A stretch of 45,052 nucleotides of DNA, from IMG/VR virus record IMGVR_UViG_3300020212_000062, positions 1 through 45,052 of that record; one strand, 5' to 3'. Of the stretch, positions 8,157 to 17,732 are shown piece by piece. Source of the stretch: a virus. How positions within the stretch are numbered: position 1 is the first letter of the stretch; every line of letters begins with the position of its first letter. The notes beneath the pieces are model-generated. The model saw only the letters and a list, made by a program, of their open reading frames with translations. It was not told the DNA's origin and did no database searches. The position numbers were made by a program, and so were the translations under genes.

Positions 8157-11100
8157 TTACCCCTTGTTTGCGTTCGTGAGTCGGTTCCGCTGCATGTGAC
8201 GCACCACGATGCGTTCGCCTGCAGCGCTTTCCAGGAATTTTTCAGCCGAGCGGGAATCATCCACCAGGACGATGCGCGTTGCGCCGTCGCTGCCGGGCTC
8301 CCCGTCCCTGCCGCCGTTGAGGCGGTGCCGCGGATCCATTCGCGTGATGACCTCCTCGCCTTTCTGCAGGACCGCCGGCACTTCGTCCGGGGCCAGGCCG
8401 GCCACGCCGCCGGTGTGGTACCGCGGCGCTGCCGACCACAGGTAGGCAGGCAGCTGGCGCGTGTGGCCACCCTCGCCGACCACGCCACCCGAGTGCTTGA
8501 CGTTGCCAGCAACGGCCGCCGTCATCTTGCCCAGGCCCGGATAGATGGCGTCCAGCAGCTGCAGCACCAGGTAGGTGGCCAGCGCATCGGCAGCAATCTG
8601 CGCCATGCCCCGGGCGAAGTTGACCACGAAATCCCGCAGCGACTCGCCGGCGCTCTTGGTGCCGCTGGCCAGGTCGGTGAACAGCTGCGTTACGGACCCC
8701 TTCAGCACCTGGGTTGCCTTGTAGCCCAGGCTGTCGGTGTTGATGGCCATCTGCGCGATCTGGCCGTTGATTTCCTGCAGCGAGTCGACCGCGCGCTGCT
8801 CGCTCATGGCGTCATTGGCCTGGCGTGCGGCAACGGCGATCGCCTGGTATTCGTCGCGCATCTTGACCAGGGTGGCCAGCGCGGTTTCCCGCTGGGCCTG
8901 CACGCGCGCGGATCCGTCATCCTTGCCGAGAATGCCGGCATCGACCTGGGCGCCCACGGCGGTTTCGGTCTGCTGGAAGCGCTGCACGGTCTGCTGCACA
9001 CGCTGGTCGACCTCATCAAGGCGAGCCTTGAATGTCTCCATGTCGATCAGCTTGTTTACCAGGTCGATTCCGTCCTGGTCGGCGTTGGCCATCAACCGTG
9101 ATTTCAGCTCCAGGAACTCGCTTTCCAGCTGGGCGGTGGTCGCCTTTCCGGTCTGCCCCATCGCCTGCAGGATGCGGATCTGCACCGCGCCCAGCTCTTT
9201 GCTGATTTCCTCCAGCGCCAGGCGCTGCTCGCGCGCGTTGTCCTGGGCCAGGTTCCGGCGTGCGCGCTCCAGGATGATGATATCGGTGAGCGCCGCCTTG
9301 CGTGCCTGGTCGGTCGTGGCGGTGGCAGCGCGGGCGCGTGCCTCGGCAATGTCGGCATCAATGCTGGCCTGCTGCAGGCGCGTTTTTTCCGCGTAGTACT
9401 CGCGGGTGGATACCTGCCAGTCGTCGTAGCGCTGCTGCAGCACCACCAGCGCGCGCTCGGCCGCATCCTTCAGCAGCTTGAACTGGTCGGCTGCAGCCTT
9501 GGCGCCCTTGGCGGTACCGCCGCCGCTCGCGTCGCCGTCCAGGGTGTCCTCGGCGGCCTTGTTGGCCTGGCCTGCCAGCTCGAAAAGGTCGAAGTACGCC
9601 GAATCGATCTGCGCCAGCTCGGCCTGGGCCGTGGCGGTCGTGCGCTTGTAGGCGTCTTCCATCGTCTCGGTGGCCACCACCGAATCGCGCAGCGCCTGGG
9701 ACACCCGCGCCGATGCGTTGGCCAGCTTGTCGCCGACCAGCGGCACCGCGCGCTGCAGGCCCTGGATACTGTCGTAAAAACTGGCCACCCGCGTGGCCAC
9801 CTCGTTGAACGCGCCCAGGGCGCCAGCCTTCAGGGTGGCCCAGGTCACAATGAAGCTGTTTTTGATGATGTTCGCCGCCTTGGTCAGGCCTGCAGTCAGC
9901 GCCACGCCCGCCTGGCGCACCACTACGAACTCATTGGACAGGTAGGTGCCGATTTCCCAGCCGGTGAACGCCGCGAAGGCGACCGCGGCCGCCGCCTTCA
10001 GCTTTGTGGCCCAGCCAGCCGCCGCCAGGGCGGATCCGTTCATGGACAGGCTGAAGGCGTTTACCGCAGTGGTGGTGCCGTTGATCGTGGTCGTCAGCGC
10101 CAGGGCCTGCACCTGGAAAGCGCGCATGGCCGGGGTGTTCAGGGCAATGGACGTGCGCAGCGCGGTGAAGGCGGCAGCGGCGCCGGCGACGATCGCCGGC
10201 ACCAGGCGGAATGCCGCGTACCAGGTAACCCACAGCTTTGCGCCGGTCAGCAGCAGGTTGGCCACCAGCTGCAGGTTGTTGGCCAGCGCCAGGATGGCAT
10301 CGGCCAGCTGCCGGCTGGCGCCGTGCGCGCTGTCGGTGTCGCCCACGAACTTGATTACCGCGTTGCGCAGCGACGTGAAGGCATCCGACACGGTGGGCGG
10401 CAGCTTGGCGAACTCATCGCGCAGCGTCTGCTGCTGGGTCTGGATGGCCTGCACCACCAGGTCGCTGGTGAGCTTGCCGTCCGCGGCGAACTTGCGCAGC
10501 TGGTCGGTGGTCTTGATCTGGCCCAGCTTCACCAGGCCTTCGGCGATCGCCGACGCAAGGCGCGGCGTCTGCTCCAGTACCGAATTCAGCTCCTCGCCGC
10601 GCAGCTGGCCGCTGGCCAGGCCCTGGCCGAGCTGGAACAACGCGGCCTCGCCGGCCTGCGCGGTGGTGAACGAAAGCGCCACCGCCTGGTTAATCGCCTC
10701 GGTCAGGCCCAGGGTCTGCTGCTGGGTAGTGCGGCCGGCGCGGGCAATGCGGGCGTACAGGTTTACGGTGCCCTCCAGGCTCTGCCTGGTGCGCTGGGCG
10801 ATCACGAACGTCTGCGCCTGGGCGCGGTTGAACTCCTCCTGGCTCTTGGTGGCCAGGGTCAGCTGGCCGCGCAGGCGGGTGGCGGTGTCGGCGTAGTTGA
10901 CCAGGGCCTTGATGGCGCCCAGCACGCCGATGCCGGCGACCAGGAGCCGGGCCTGGGTGACCGCGCCGGCGATGCTGGACCGCACGGATTCGGCCGCGGT
11001 GGCAGTCTGCCGTGCCGCGGCCGTGGTCCGGTTCAAGCTGCTGGTAAGCGCGTTGGCGCCGTTGGCCGACTGCTGCGCCTTCGTGTTGACCTGTTGGAAC

Positions 11101-11180
11101 TGCCCGGAGAGCTGGGCGAGCGCCGCCCTGATTTCTGACAGCTGGGCGGTTACTCGGATTTCCAGCTCGGTGCTGCTCAT
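8157..11180 (-). CDS. Tail tape measure protein
   Basis: 1007 aa, Ala/Gln-rich and helical. Located immediately after the G/T chaperone pair. C-terminal YHTGGVAGLAPDEVPAVLQKGEEV is a typical tape-measure motif. Confidence 0.9.
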   Translation of the reverse strand: MSSTELEIRVTAQLSEIRAALAQLSGQFQQVNTKAQQSANGANALTSSLNRTTAAARQTATAAESVRSSIAGAVTQARLLVAGIGVLGAIKALVNYADTATRLRGQLTLATKSQEEFNRAQAQTFVIAQRTRQSLEGTVNLYARIARAGRTTQQQTLGLTEAINQAVALSFTTAQAGEAALFQLGQGLASGQLRGEELNSVLEQTPRLASAIAEGLVKLGQIKTTDQLRKFAADGKLTSDLVVQAIQTQQQTLRDEFAKLPPTVSDAFTSLRNAVIKFVGDTDSAHGASRQLADAILALANNLQLVANLLLTGAKLWVTWYAAFRLVPAIVAGAAAAFTALRTSIALNTPAMRAFQVQALALTTTINGTTTAVNAFSLSMNGSALAAAGWATKLKAAAAVAFAAFTGWEIGTYLSNEFVVVRQAGVALTAGLTKAANIIKNSFIVTWATLKAGALGAFNEVATRVASFYDSIQGLQRAVPLVGDKLANASARVSQALRDSVVATETMEDAYKRTTATAQAELAQIDSAYFDLFELAGQANKAAEDTLDGDASGGGTAKGAKAAADQFKLLKDAAERALVVLQQRYDDWQVSTREYYAEKTRLQQASIDADIAEARARAATATTDQARKAALTDIIILERARRNLAQDNAREQRLALEEISKELGAVQIRILQAMGQTGKATTAQLESEFLELKSRLMANADQDGIDLVNKLIDMETFKARLDEVDQRVQQTVQRFQQTETAVGAQVDAGILGKDDGSARVQAQRETALATLVKMRDEYQAIAVAARQANDAMSEQRAVDSLQEINGQIAQMAINTDSLGYKATQVLKGSVTQLFTDLASGTKSAGESLRDFVVNFARGMAQIAADALATYLVLQLLDAIYPGLGKMTAAVAGNVKHSGGVVGEGGHTRQLPAYLWSAAPRYHTGGVAGLAPDEVPAVLQKGEEVITRMDPRHRLNGGRDGEPGSDGATRIVLVDDSRSAEKFLESAAGERIVVRHMQRNRLTNANKG

Positions 11181-11389
11181 TGCTGCGGGCTCCCTGTGAT
11201 TAGCTTTTCAAAGTCTTTCGATTCGTAGTGCTGGGCCGCGCGCAGCAGGATGGCCAACGCTGTTTGATCGCGCTTCCTTGCGCGATCGATTGCGGCACTG
11301 AAGGCGTGCACCTGGTCGAGCGTGTAGCCGTCGACTCGATCAGGCGGGTGGCCGTGGTCGTACAGCTGCTGCAGCGTGTCCGACCACAA
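11177..11389 (-). CDS. Tail assembly chaperone T segment (probably expressed as a G-T fusion by -1 frameshift)
   Basis: This ORF is in the -1 frame relative to 11404..11982. I translated that frame and it stays open from the slippery site at 11470-11464 to the stop at 11177. A stand-alone start would be TTG at 11389. Confidence 0.6.
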   Translation of the reverse strand: MWSDTLQQLYDHGHPPDRVDGYTLDQVHAFSAAIDRARKRDQTALAILLRAAQHYESKDFEKLITGSPQQ

Positions 11390-11403
11390 CCATGTCGCCT
11401 CTG

Positions 11404-11982
11404 TCAGCGCGTCAGCAGTCCGCCGAGCCCGCCGTTTCGGCCCAGGGTCAAGCCCTGGGCCACGAAAAAACCGGCGTTGACCACGACAACGTGCTTCACC
11501 AGCACCAGCACGCTGACCAGCTCCAGGTCATCGAACTGCTGCAGCAGCTGCCGCTGGGTGTCCTCGTTGTGGTTGGTGTCCAGGGCGCAGGCCAGGGCCT
11601 TCAGCACGCTGGGGCCGTGTTCTTCCAGCACGGAAATAAGCCAGTCGCCATCGTTCAGGACGTTCTGGACGTGCGGCGGCAGCGATTCGGCGGCCTGTGC
11701 GGCCGGCTGTGCGTCTTTCGGGGTGCCACCCTGCCCAGGGGTAGCGGCGGACGGGGGAAGGCCCGCACCGGCGCTGGTGGGCGCCTTGGACAGGGTGGCG
11801 AAAATGGGTCGTACCAGCTTCAGGAACGGGAACACCTGCCGCATCTTCAGCGGGCGAACGGTGAACGTGTACTGGCCCAGCTCGACGGTGACGGGCTCGC
11901 CGCTGCCGCTGGCCAGCTGGTCGACGTCGCGCTGGACGTCCTGGGCTGCATTGGGGATCTGCTGCTGATGGCGCTTGCTCAT
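11404..11982 (-). CDS. Tail assembly chaperone G
   Basis: In ORF 11404..12042, the start MSKRHQQQIPN... is at 11982. Located between the tail tube and tape measure genes. Carries the slippery heptamer near its 3' end. Confidence 0.7.
   Translation of the reverse strand: MSKRHQQQIPNAAQDVQRDVDQLASGSGEPVTVELGQYTFTVRPLKMRQVFPFLKLVRPIFATLSKAPTSAGAGLPPSAATPGQGGTPKDAQPAAQAAESLPPHVQNVLNDGDWLISVLEEHGPSVLKALACALDTNHNEDTQRQLLQQFDDLELVSVLVLVKHVVVVNAGFFVAQGLTLGRNGGLGGLLTR
11464..11470 (-). promoter_or_regulatory. -1 programmed frameshift slippery heptamer T_TTT_TTC
   Basis: The plus strand reads gaaaaaa at 11464-11470. On the minus strand this is GGT TTT TTC in the zero frame of chaperone G, 58 nt before its stop codon. 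Confidence 0.6.
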
Positions 11983-12075
11983 GGTGTGGGCCTCCTTCCA
12001 GGCCTGGGGGTCAGTGGATCGGGTGGAACGGTGATGGTGCACGCCGGAACATTCGCGCCGGCGTGCACCAGGTGC

Positions 12076-12840
12076 TTACGCGGTGGTGTCTTCGATGAAC
12101 GTCTGGAAGTACTGCGACGTGCCGGCCGGACGGCTGGCATCGGCCATCGCCGCGCCGGTCATTTCCAGGGCGGCGTAGTCGTCGCCGATCAGCGGGATGG
12201 ACTGCGCCGGGCCGAGCTTCGCGCGCCACAGGTTGACGGTCACGGCGCTGCCGCTGTCCGCTTCGTTCAGGCCCAGGAACATGAACTCCAGCTCGGGGGC
12301 GGCCGTCATCAACGCCTGTACCAGGTTGCCCTTCTTCTGCGCGTAGGTGACTTTGATGTTCGGCGTGTTACCGGTCGCTGCCGGGATGGCCGACGCCTCG
12401 GGGATCCACAGGCCGCCGTGCTGGAACACGTAATCGACACCGGCCACATACGGGTCGGTACCGGAACCGCTCGCCGGCGACACGCTGGTGATGGCGGACG
12501 GCTGGCCAGCCAGGCCCACATAGCTGCCCTTGGTGGCCACGGCGTTTTCGTCGGTCACCGGGCCGCCGGTCACGGCGGTGGTGGTGCCGTACAGCGCCAG
12601 CGACAGGTTGAGCGGCGACAGGTCGTGCGCGGTCAGCGAGACATTCACCGCGGTGATGCGGTCAACGCGGTTGTAGGTGCCACCGCCCGGGGCGCGGAAG
12701 TCGCGCAGCTGCTTGACCTCCGATTCAACGGCCAGGGCCAGGGCGCTGCAGTTGCCCATTTCGACAAAGCCGGCGCCGGCGACGTTCCGGCGGCGGACCA
12801 GGATACGGCCGGAGCCGATGTAGGAATAATCAGTGCGCAT
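12076..12840 (-). CDS. Major tail (tube) protein
   Basis: 254 aa. Located between the head-tail joining genes and the chaperones. No sheath gene is present. Confidence 0.7.
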   Translation of the reverse strand: MRTDYSYIGSGRILVRRRNVAGAGFVEMGNCSALALAVESEVKQLRDFRAPGGGTYNRVDRITAVNVSLTAHDLSPLNLSLALYGTTTAVTGGPVTDENAVATKGSYVGLAGQPSAITSVSPASGSGTDPYVAGVDYVFQHGGLWIPEASAIPAATGNTPNIKVTYAQKKGNLVQALMTAAPELEFMFLGLNEADSGSAVTVNLWRAKLGPAQSIPLIGDDYAALEMTGAAMADASRPAGTSQYFQTFIEDTTA

Positions 12841-12852
12841 GTGTATCTCCGA

Positions 12853-13332
12853 TCAGGGGGTGCCGACGTAGCTTGCGGCGGTGGTGAAAGCGATTGGGTA
12901 GTAACCGAACCCTGCCGACGAAACGGCAGCGCCCGGGGCGGGATCCAGCGTCATGGGCAGGAAGCCCTGCAGGGGCCGGAAACCCAGCAGGGCCTTTAGC
13001 ACCGCATCGAACAACGGTGAAACTTCGTCCTGGATGCCTTCAGCGGTGGCGGTGTCGTAGGCGCTGGAGACGTTGAGCACTACCAGGAACTGGAAACCCA
13101 CCTGCTGCCGGTTGGCCTGGTTGGCGGCCTGGCCAGGGCGCTGGATCGGGGTGTACCCGCTGTAGATGACGGCCACGGACGGGCAAAGCATGTTGTTCTC
13201 GGCCACCGCGTCGTACTCGCGCGCGCTGTAGACGGTTTCGGCCAGGGCCGGCTGGCCGGCGGCGGTAGGGGCATCGATCAGCACCTGGCGCAGGCGCGCC
13301 TGCAGGGCCTTGCTGATGGCGGCAACACTCAT
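12853..13332 (-). CDS. Head-tail joining / tail terminator-like protein (Mu gp37 / DUF1834-like)
   Basis: 159 aa, MSVAAISKALQARLRQVL... Called from position and overall likeness to gp37-type proteins. Confidence 0.5.
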   Translation of the reverse strand: MSVAAISKALQARLRQVLIDAPTAAGQPALAETVYSAREYDAVAENNMLCPSVAVIYSGYTPIQRPGQAANQANRQQVGFQFLVVLNVSSAYDTATAEGIQDEVSPLFDAVLKALLGFRPLQGFLPMTLDPAPGAAVSSAGFGYYPIAFTTAASYVGTP

Positions 13333-13874
13333 GCGGGAAGCTCCAGGGCTCGGGCCATTGCCTGCAGCGCGGACTGCGCCCAGGACGGCGGAAGGTTGAC
13401 GCGGCCGGTTGCGTCCATCGGCATGAACGGACGCGCGGGGATCACGGCGCGTTTCAAGAAAACGAACCCCTTATCTGCGGTGGGGATTGGGCCCAGCAGG
13501 CGGCCGCGGTAGGTCTGCCCCGGCCCTTCCCTGGGCTCGACAACGGCACCGAACTGGTGGATAGCGCCCAGGCTGTGATGGCCGTCCGGCGTGCGCAGGT
13601 TCGTGCCGACCAGGACCGCGTCACCCACGCGGCGCGCCTGGATCGAGCCGTACAGGCGGCCGGTGTCGCGCAGTGGCTGGCCAACGCGGAAGAACGGGTT
13701 AAGCGGCTTCCAGGCGGCGCCGCTCGGCGACCGGCCGGTGCGGAACCCCATCTGGATCCGGGTGCGCAGGACGCGGGCGAAGGCATCAACGGCGCGGCGC
13801 ACCTCGGGGCTGTCGCTCGACAGCTGCCGCAGGCGCGCCTCGACCTGGTCGGCCAGGAGCTGGAACTTAACCAC
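13329..13874 (-). CDS. Virion morphogenesis / tail completion protein (Mu gpG-like)
   Basis: GRSPSGAAWKPL...LRDTGRLYGSI...GAIHQFG matches the virion morphogenesis family pattern. GTG start at 13874. Confidence 0.7.
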   Translation of the reverse strand: MVKFQLLADQVEARLRQLSSDSPEVRRAVDAFARVLRTRIQMGFRTGRSPSGAAWKPLNPFFRVGQPLRDTGRLYGSIQARRVGDAVLVGTNLRTPDGHHSLGAIHQFGAVVEPREGPGQTYRGRLLGPIPTADKGFVFLKRAVIPARPFMPMDATGRVNLPPSWAQSALQAMARALELPA

Positions 13875-14337
13875 GGCGCCACCTGCCGCCGCGCTCGCCC
13901 GGCACGCCTACGAAATCGCGCAGGCTGCAGTCGGTGAAGGTGCGGCCGTTCGTGCGGTAGCCCACGCGGTAGATCGGGTTTCCGGTGTTGTCCACCGGGG
14001 TTTCCTCATCGACCACCAGGCGCGCCTTTCCGGCTACCAGGTCTTTCAGGTAGGAAATCGCCTGGTCGTAGCGGCGCTGCACTTCCTCGCTGGCGCTCTG
14101 CGCCCACAGCTCGTAGCGGGCGATATCGGCCGTGACGCCCTTGATCTTGGCGGGCGGCACGGTCAGGGGAAGGGTGAAGGCACGCCCAGGGATGGCCGCC
14201 AGGTAGCTGTCCACCGTCTCGGTGGCGTCCGATGCCGCGGCGTCCAGCTTCAGGGATCCGCCGGCGGTCTGCAGCAGCTGCTGCAGCTCGCGCTGGGTGA
14301 AGCGTTCGGCGTAGTCGGTGGCGGTGATGTAGGCCAT
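13867..14337 (-). CDS. Head-tail connector protein, DUF1320 (Mu gp36-like)
   Basis: N-terminus MAYITATDYAERFTQRELQQL is typical of DUF1320. Confidence 0.7.
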   Translation of the reverse strand: MAYITATDYAERFTQRELQQLLQTAGGSLKLDAAASDATETVDSYLAAIPGRAFTLPLTVPPAKIKGVTADIARYELWAQSASEEVQRRYDQAISYLKDLVAGKARLVVDEETPVDNTGNPIYRVGYRTNGRTFTDCSLRDFVGVPGERGGRWRRG

Positions 14338-14362
14338 GTGGGCGTGCCCTCAGTTGCTGCGG

Positions 14363-14809
14363 TTACTTGGTTTCGTCGGCGCCGGCGCCGGCGGTACCGG
14401 CCGGATCCTGCGGCGGGGTGTTGCCGTCGTCTTCGCCTTCGCCGTCGTCTTCCTCGACGTCGTCCAGCTCGATCACATGGCCACTGGCCAGGAAGCGCTC
14501 GGCGTCAGCCGGGCCCAGGTCGATGAAATCGCCCAGGTCGCCGCGGTAGGTGACGCCGCCCTTGCGGATGGACTGGCCCTTGGCCACGGCGAAACGGGTT
14601 TCCTGGACGTCGCCGGCGGCGCGTTCCTGCGCAGCCTTGGCCAGGGTCTTGACCGCATCGGCCTTGGCATGGCCGCCGGTGGCGCCTTCCAGGGCGGCCT
14701 GGTCGATGGCCTGGGTGTGGGCGTTGTCGCCAGCCTTGGCGGTGGTCTTCGGCGCAGCCTTCGGCTTGGCGGCGGGCTTGGCGGGCTTGGTGGTGGTGGT
14801 CTTGGCCAC
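14363..14809 (-). CDS. Hypothetical head-module protein with a Lys/Ala/Pro-rich N-terminus and an acidic C-terminus
   Basis: MAKTTTTKPAKPAAKPKAAPKTTAKAG... followed by ...ELDDVEEDDGEGEDDG... GAGGA ribosome-binding site upstream. Confidence 0.6.
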   Translation of the reverse strand: MAKTTTTKPAKPAAKPKAAPKTTAKAGDNAHTQAIDQAALEGATGGHAKADAVKTLAKAAQERAAGDVQETRFAVAKGQSIRKGGVTYRGDLGDFIDLGPADAERFLASGHVIELDDVEEDDGEGEDDGNTPPQDPAGTAGAGADETK

Positions 14810-14856
14810 GGTTGTTTCCTCGCTGGTTGCGGTGGAGTACTTCGGTTGGAACTACG

Positions 14857-14878
14857 GCGCCCAGGTTGCCCTGGGCGC
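14857..14878 (-). terminator. Stable hairpin just downstream of the major capsid gene (attenuator or RNA-stabilising element)
   Basis: gcgcccagg-ttgc-cctgggcgc: a 9-bp perfect GC-rich stem, 18 nt after the capsid gene stop. There is no long U-run on the minus strand. Confidence 0.4.
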
Positions 14879-14895
14879 TTTCACGCTGGCTGGGT

Positions 14896-15825
14896 TCAGC
14901 CGATCACGCCCTGCAGCAGGTAGCCGGCTTCCTTGGACTGGATGACCTCGCCCACCGACTCGCCGACACGCACGCGCACGGCACCGCGAAGGCCGGTCTT
15001 CGGCTCCGGGATCTGCTTGGCCACGCGGGTGCCCCACTCGGCGGTCATGCCCCAGGACGGTTCAGTGACGCCGCGCAGGCCCAGGTTGCGGCCGCGGCGA
15101 ATCAGGCTGAAGTCGTTGCCCCACACGCGCGAATACACCGGCGTCTGGCCCGGCTTGGCGGTGTTCGCGTAGGCCTGGCCAATCTCGATGGCCTCCAGCT
15201 CGAAGTAGGCGGCCAGCTGCTGGGCGCTCACGATGCCGCGGCCGCTGGTGTTGCCGGTGATGGCCGAAACGATGGCCACATTCTTGCGCAGGATGTTCAG
15301 CACACCCAGCGAAGTAACGGCGACGTTCGGGCGCACCAGCGGGGTGCTGATGGCGTCCAGGATCTGCACGGACGGGTCGCTGTTCGGGTCGGTCCAGCGG
15401 TCGCCGGCGGCCACCACTTCATGGTGGTTGTAGTTGGCCGGATCGCGCGACAGGCCAGCCACGCGGATTTCGCGGCCCAGGGCGATCAGGTCGGTAAGGC
15501 CTTCGGTGGCACGGCCCAGCGGGTCCAGCGTCGAGCCCGGCGGAATGTCGTTGATATCGTCCAGCGGGATCACGTCATCCAGGCCGTGATCCTCGACCGA
15601 GCCATCACGCTGCACCGAGCTGAACTCAACCTCGGTCGGGCGGCCCTTGCGGCCCACCTTGGTGACCGGCAGGGCCAGGCCCTCGGCGAAGTCCCATTCG
15701 TCCCACTTGAAAGACGACGTGGGAACCTCGACGCGCGGCATGACGCGATCGGCGATGAAATCCGGGTTGCGGTAGGCGATCGTCAGGCCGGTCAGGCGGA
15801 CGTCGTTGGGGTAGGGGCGCTGCAT
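14896..15825 (-). CDS. Major capsid protein
   Basis: 309 aa. N-terminus MQRPYPNDVRLTGLTIAYRNPDFIADRVMPRVEV is typical of capsid proteins paired with DUF2190. Located after the protease-scaffold and decoration genes. Confidence 0.8.
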   Translation of the reverse strand: MQRPYPNDVRLTGLTIAYRNPDFIADRVMPRVEVPTSSFKWDEWDFAEGLALPVTKVGRKGRPTEVEFSSVQRDGSVEDHGLDDVIPLDDINDIPPGSTLDPLGRATEGLTDLIALGREIRVAGLSRDPANYNHHEVVAAGDRWTDPNSDPSVQILDAISTPLVRPNVAVTSLGVLNILRKNVAIVSAITGNTSGRGIVSAQQLAAYFELEAIEIGQAYANTAKPGQTPVYSRVWGNDFSLIRRGRNLGLRGVTEPSWGMTAEWGTRVAKQIPEPKTGLRGAVRVRVGESVGEVIQSKEAGYLLQGVIG

Positions 15826-15884
15826 GGTTTCTATCCTCTAATCGGGTTGAGGGGTTACTGCATTTCGGGCTGGATCAACCAGGA

Positions 15885-16268
15885 TCAGGCGCCGGCGACG
15901 GCGTTGATACCCAGGGTGACGTGGACAGTGCCCAGGTCGCCGACGACGCCCGACAGGACGGCGAAGCCGACCAGGCGCTGGCCGGCGGCGGTGGCCGCGA
16001 TCGCGCGGCCCTGGGCGTCCGACGTCAGCGGCTGGCCGCGGGTCACGGCGCCGCCGTATTCCACGGTGGCGTAGCCGCTCACAACGGTATCCGTCACGTC
16101 GCCGGCGACCGCCGGCAGCGAGCCATGCACGCCCATGATGGCGTCGGTGGCAGCGGCGGCCTGGGCGGTGTTGGAGTCGGTGGAACCGGCCTTGACGATG
16201 CGATGCGGCGCAATCGCGGCATCGGCGGTGTAAGACTTGATGAGTCCGTCAGTGCGCATGCTGGTCAT
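15885..16268 (-). CDS. DUF2190-family head decoration/cement protein
   Basis: Internal ATG at 16268 with a GAGG site upstream. MTSMRTDGLIKSYTADAAIAPHRIVKAGSTDS...GVHGS...GDVTDTVVSGYATVEYGGAVTRGQPLTSDAQGRA is the DUF2190 pattern. Confidence 0.75.
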   Translation of the reverse strand: MTSMRTDGLIKSYTADAAIAPHRIVKAGSTDSNTAQAAAATDAIMGVHGSLPAVAGDVTDTVVSGYATVEYGGAVTRGQPLTSDAQGRAIAATAAGQRLVGFAVLSGVVGDLGTVHVTLGINAVAGA

Positions 16269-16329
16269 TGGTAGAACCTCGTTTCTCTGCTTGGGTTGGT
16301 ACTGCGGGGATGTGCCGGGTTCTACCTGG

Positions 16330-17604
16330 TCACACGTTCGGGGTGCCGTCCTGGGCGACCACTTCAAAGTCCGCGGCCACCTGCAGGGATGCCGCGGCAA
16401 ACGACAGCTCAACGCCATTGGCCTTGGCTTCGTTCACCTTGGCGGTGATCTTCTCGGCGTACTCGCGCTGGCTGATGGTGCCCTTGCCGCCGGTGTTGGC
16501 GTTGGAGCGTTCCTTGAAGTCCACGGCCTTGGGCAGCTTGCCCAGGAAAGCGTCCATGAAGGCATACGGCGACAGCTTCGGCGCCTGCTGGCCTTCGGCG
16601 GCCTCGCCGAACTCGACCACCTGGGCCGAATCGTCAAGGGTGGCCATGAAGGCGGCGACCTGCGGGCGCTGCGCCGGCAGCAGGCGGCCAGCGTCCACAT
16701 GCGGCTGCAGGGCAGCGTTGATGCGCGCCAGCTTGGCCTCGGATTCGGCCTTGCGGATGTTCTCCTCGCGCTCGCTGAACTCACGATTGCTCGCGGCCAG
16801 GCGCTCGTTTTCCTTCTTCATGGCTTCGATTTCGGCAGGGGTCATGGTGCTGTCTCCGGTGGTGTCGGTCGTGGTGACCTGGGGGCCGGTCTTGCCGGCG
16901 GGTTCGGTATAGGACGGGCTGCGGCTTTCCGCCTCAGCGCGCGCGCGCTCCTCCATTCGCACCGACTGGCGGGTGGGGTCTTCCACCTCCCATTCGGGCA
17001 GGATGCGGTCGGCCTCCTCCTGGCCCTTTTCCGCGATCAGGAAGTTTTTCACCGTGCGCAGGGTGCGGCCCACGCTGGCCAGCGCGCTGGCCATCGACCA
17101 GCGGTCATCCGCGGTCATGTCGGCGAACTCCAGCAGCAGCTCCGGGTGCGGATCCTCGGCGAAGTCCACGGGGCTGGCCTGCTCGTTGAACTGGATATCA
17201 CCCAGGCCCTTCAGCGCCGGCGGCACCGCGCCCAGGAATCCGATGTGCTTGGGGTACAGGTTGCCCGGGGATGGGTTGTTCGGGTGGTCGGGCATGTACC
17301 AGGACGCGCTGCGGTTGCGGAACGCCTTGTTTTCCACCAGCTCGGCGAACTGCGGTTCCACATGCTCCGGGTTCACCCACAGGTGACCGTCGCTGTAGGA
17401 CAGGCTGGCGGCCCAGCCATAGGCGCGATCCTCCTGCTTGGGGTGGCCGATCACCAGCGGGGTGGCGTACAGGCCGGGGTCGTACACCTTCACCGCATCC
17501 AGCAGCTGCTGCTCGGTGAACTCCACCACGGTGCCGCACGATGCGGTGTGCTTACCGGGGCGAAAAATCTTGAAAGACTTCATGGGCTTGCGATCGGTGG
17601 GCAT
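16330..17604 (-). CDS. Head maturation protease / scaffold fusion (Mu gpI or P2 gpO-like)
   Basis: FKIFRPGKHTASCGTVVEFTEQQLLDAVKVYDPGLYATPLVIGHP matches the N-terminus of the protease-scaffold family. The C-terminal half is coiled-coil (EIEAMKKENERLAASNREFSEREENIRKAE). The start could instead be the ATG at 17583. Confidence 0.7.
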   Translation of the reverse strand: MPTDRKPMKSFKIFRPGKHTASCGTVVEFTEQQLLDAVKVYDPGLYATPLVIGHPKQEDRAYGWAASLSYSDGHLWVNPEHVEPQFAELVENKAFRNRSASWYMPDHPNNPSPGNLYPKHIGFLGAVPPALKGLGDIQFNEQASPVDFAEDPHPELLLEFADMTADDRWSMASALASVGRTLRTVKNFLIAEKGQEEADRILPEWEVEDPTRQSVRMEERARAEAESRSPSYTEPAGKTGPQVTTTDTTGDSTMTPAEIEAMKKENERLAASNREFSEREENIRKAESEAKLARINAALQPHVDAGRLLPAQRPQVAAFMATLDDSAQVVEFGEAAEGQQAPKLSPYAFMDAFLGKLPKAVDFKERSNANTGGKGTISQREYAEKITAKVNEAKANGVELSFAAASLQVAADFEVVAQDGTPNV

Positions 17605-17732
17605 CTTGGTGGGCTCGCGCTCCTGGGGACGGTGCGAAATGTACGGGCCCAGGGCGAAGGGGGGTAGGTGCGGCCTCCCGCACCGATCGACGGGGCCGGC
17701 GATATCATCCCCACGGGACGCATCGATACTTG

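Noticed and set aside
14363-14809. The Lys/Ala/Pro-rich N-terminus (AKPAAKPKAAPKTTAKAG) read as a histone H1-like DNA-condensing protein
   Set aside because: This is only compositional similarity. Such tails also occur in scaffold and decoration proteins, and there is no evidence from sequence alone. It is kept as a hypothetical head-module protein.
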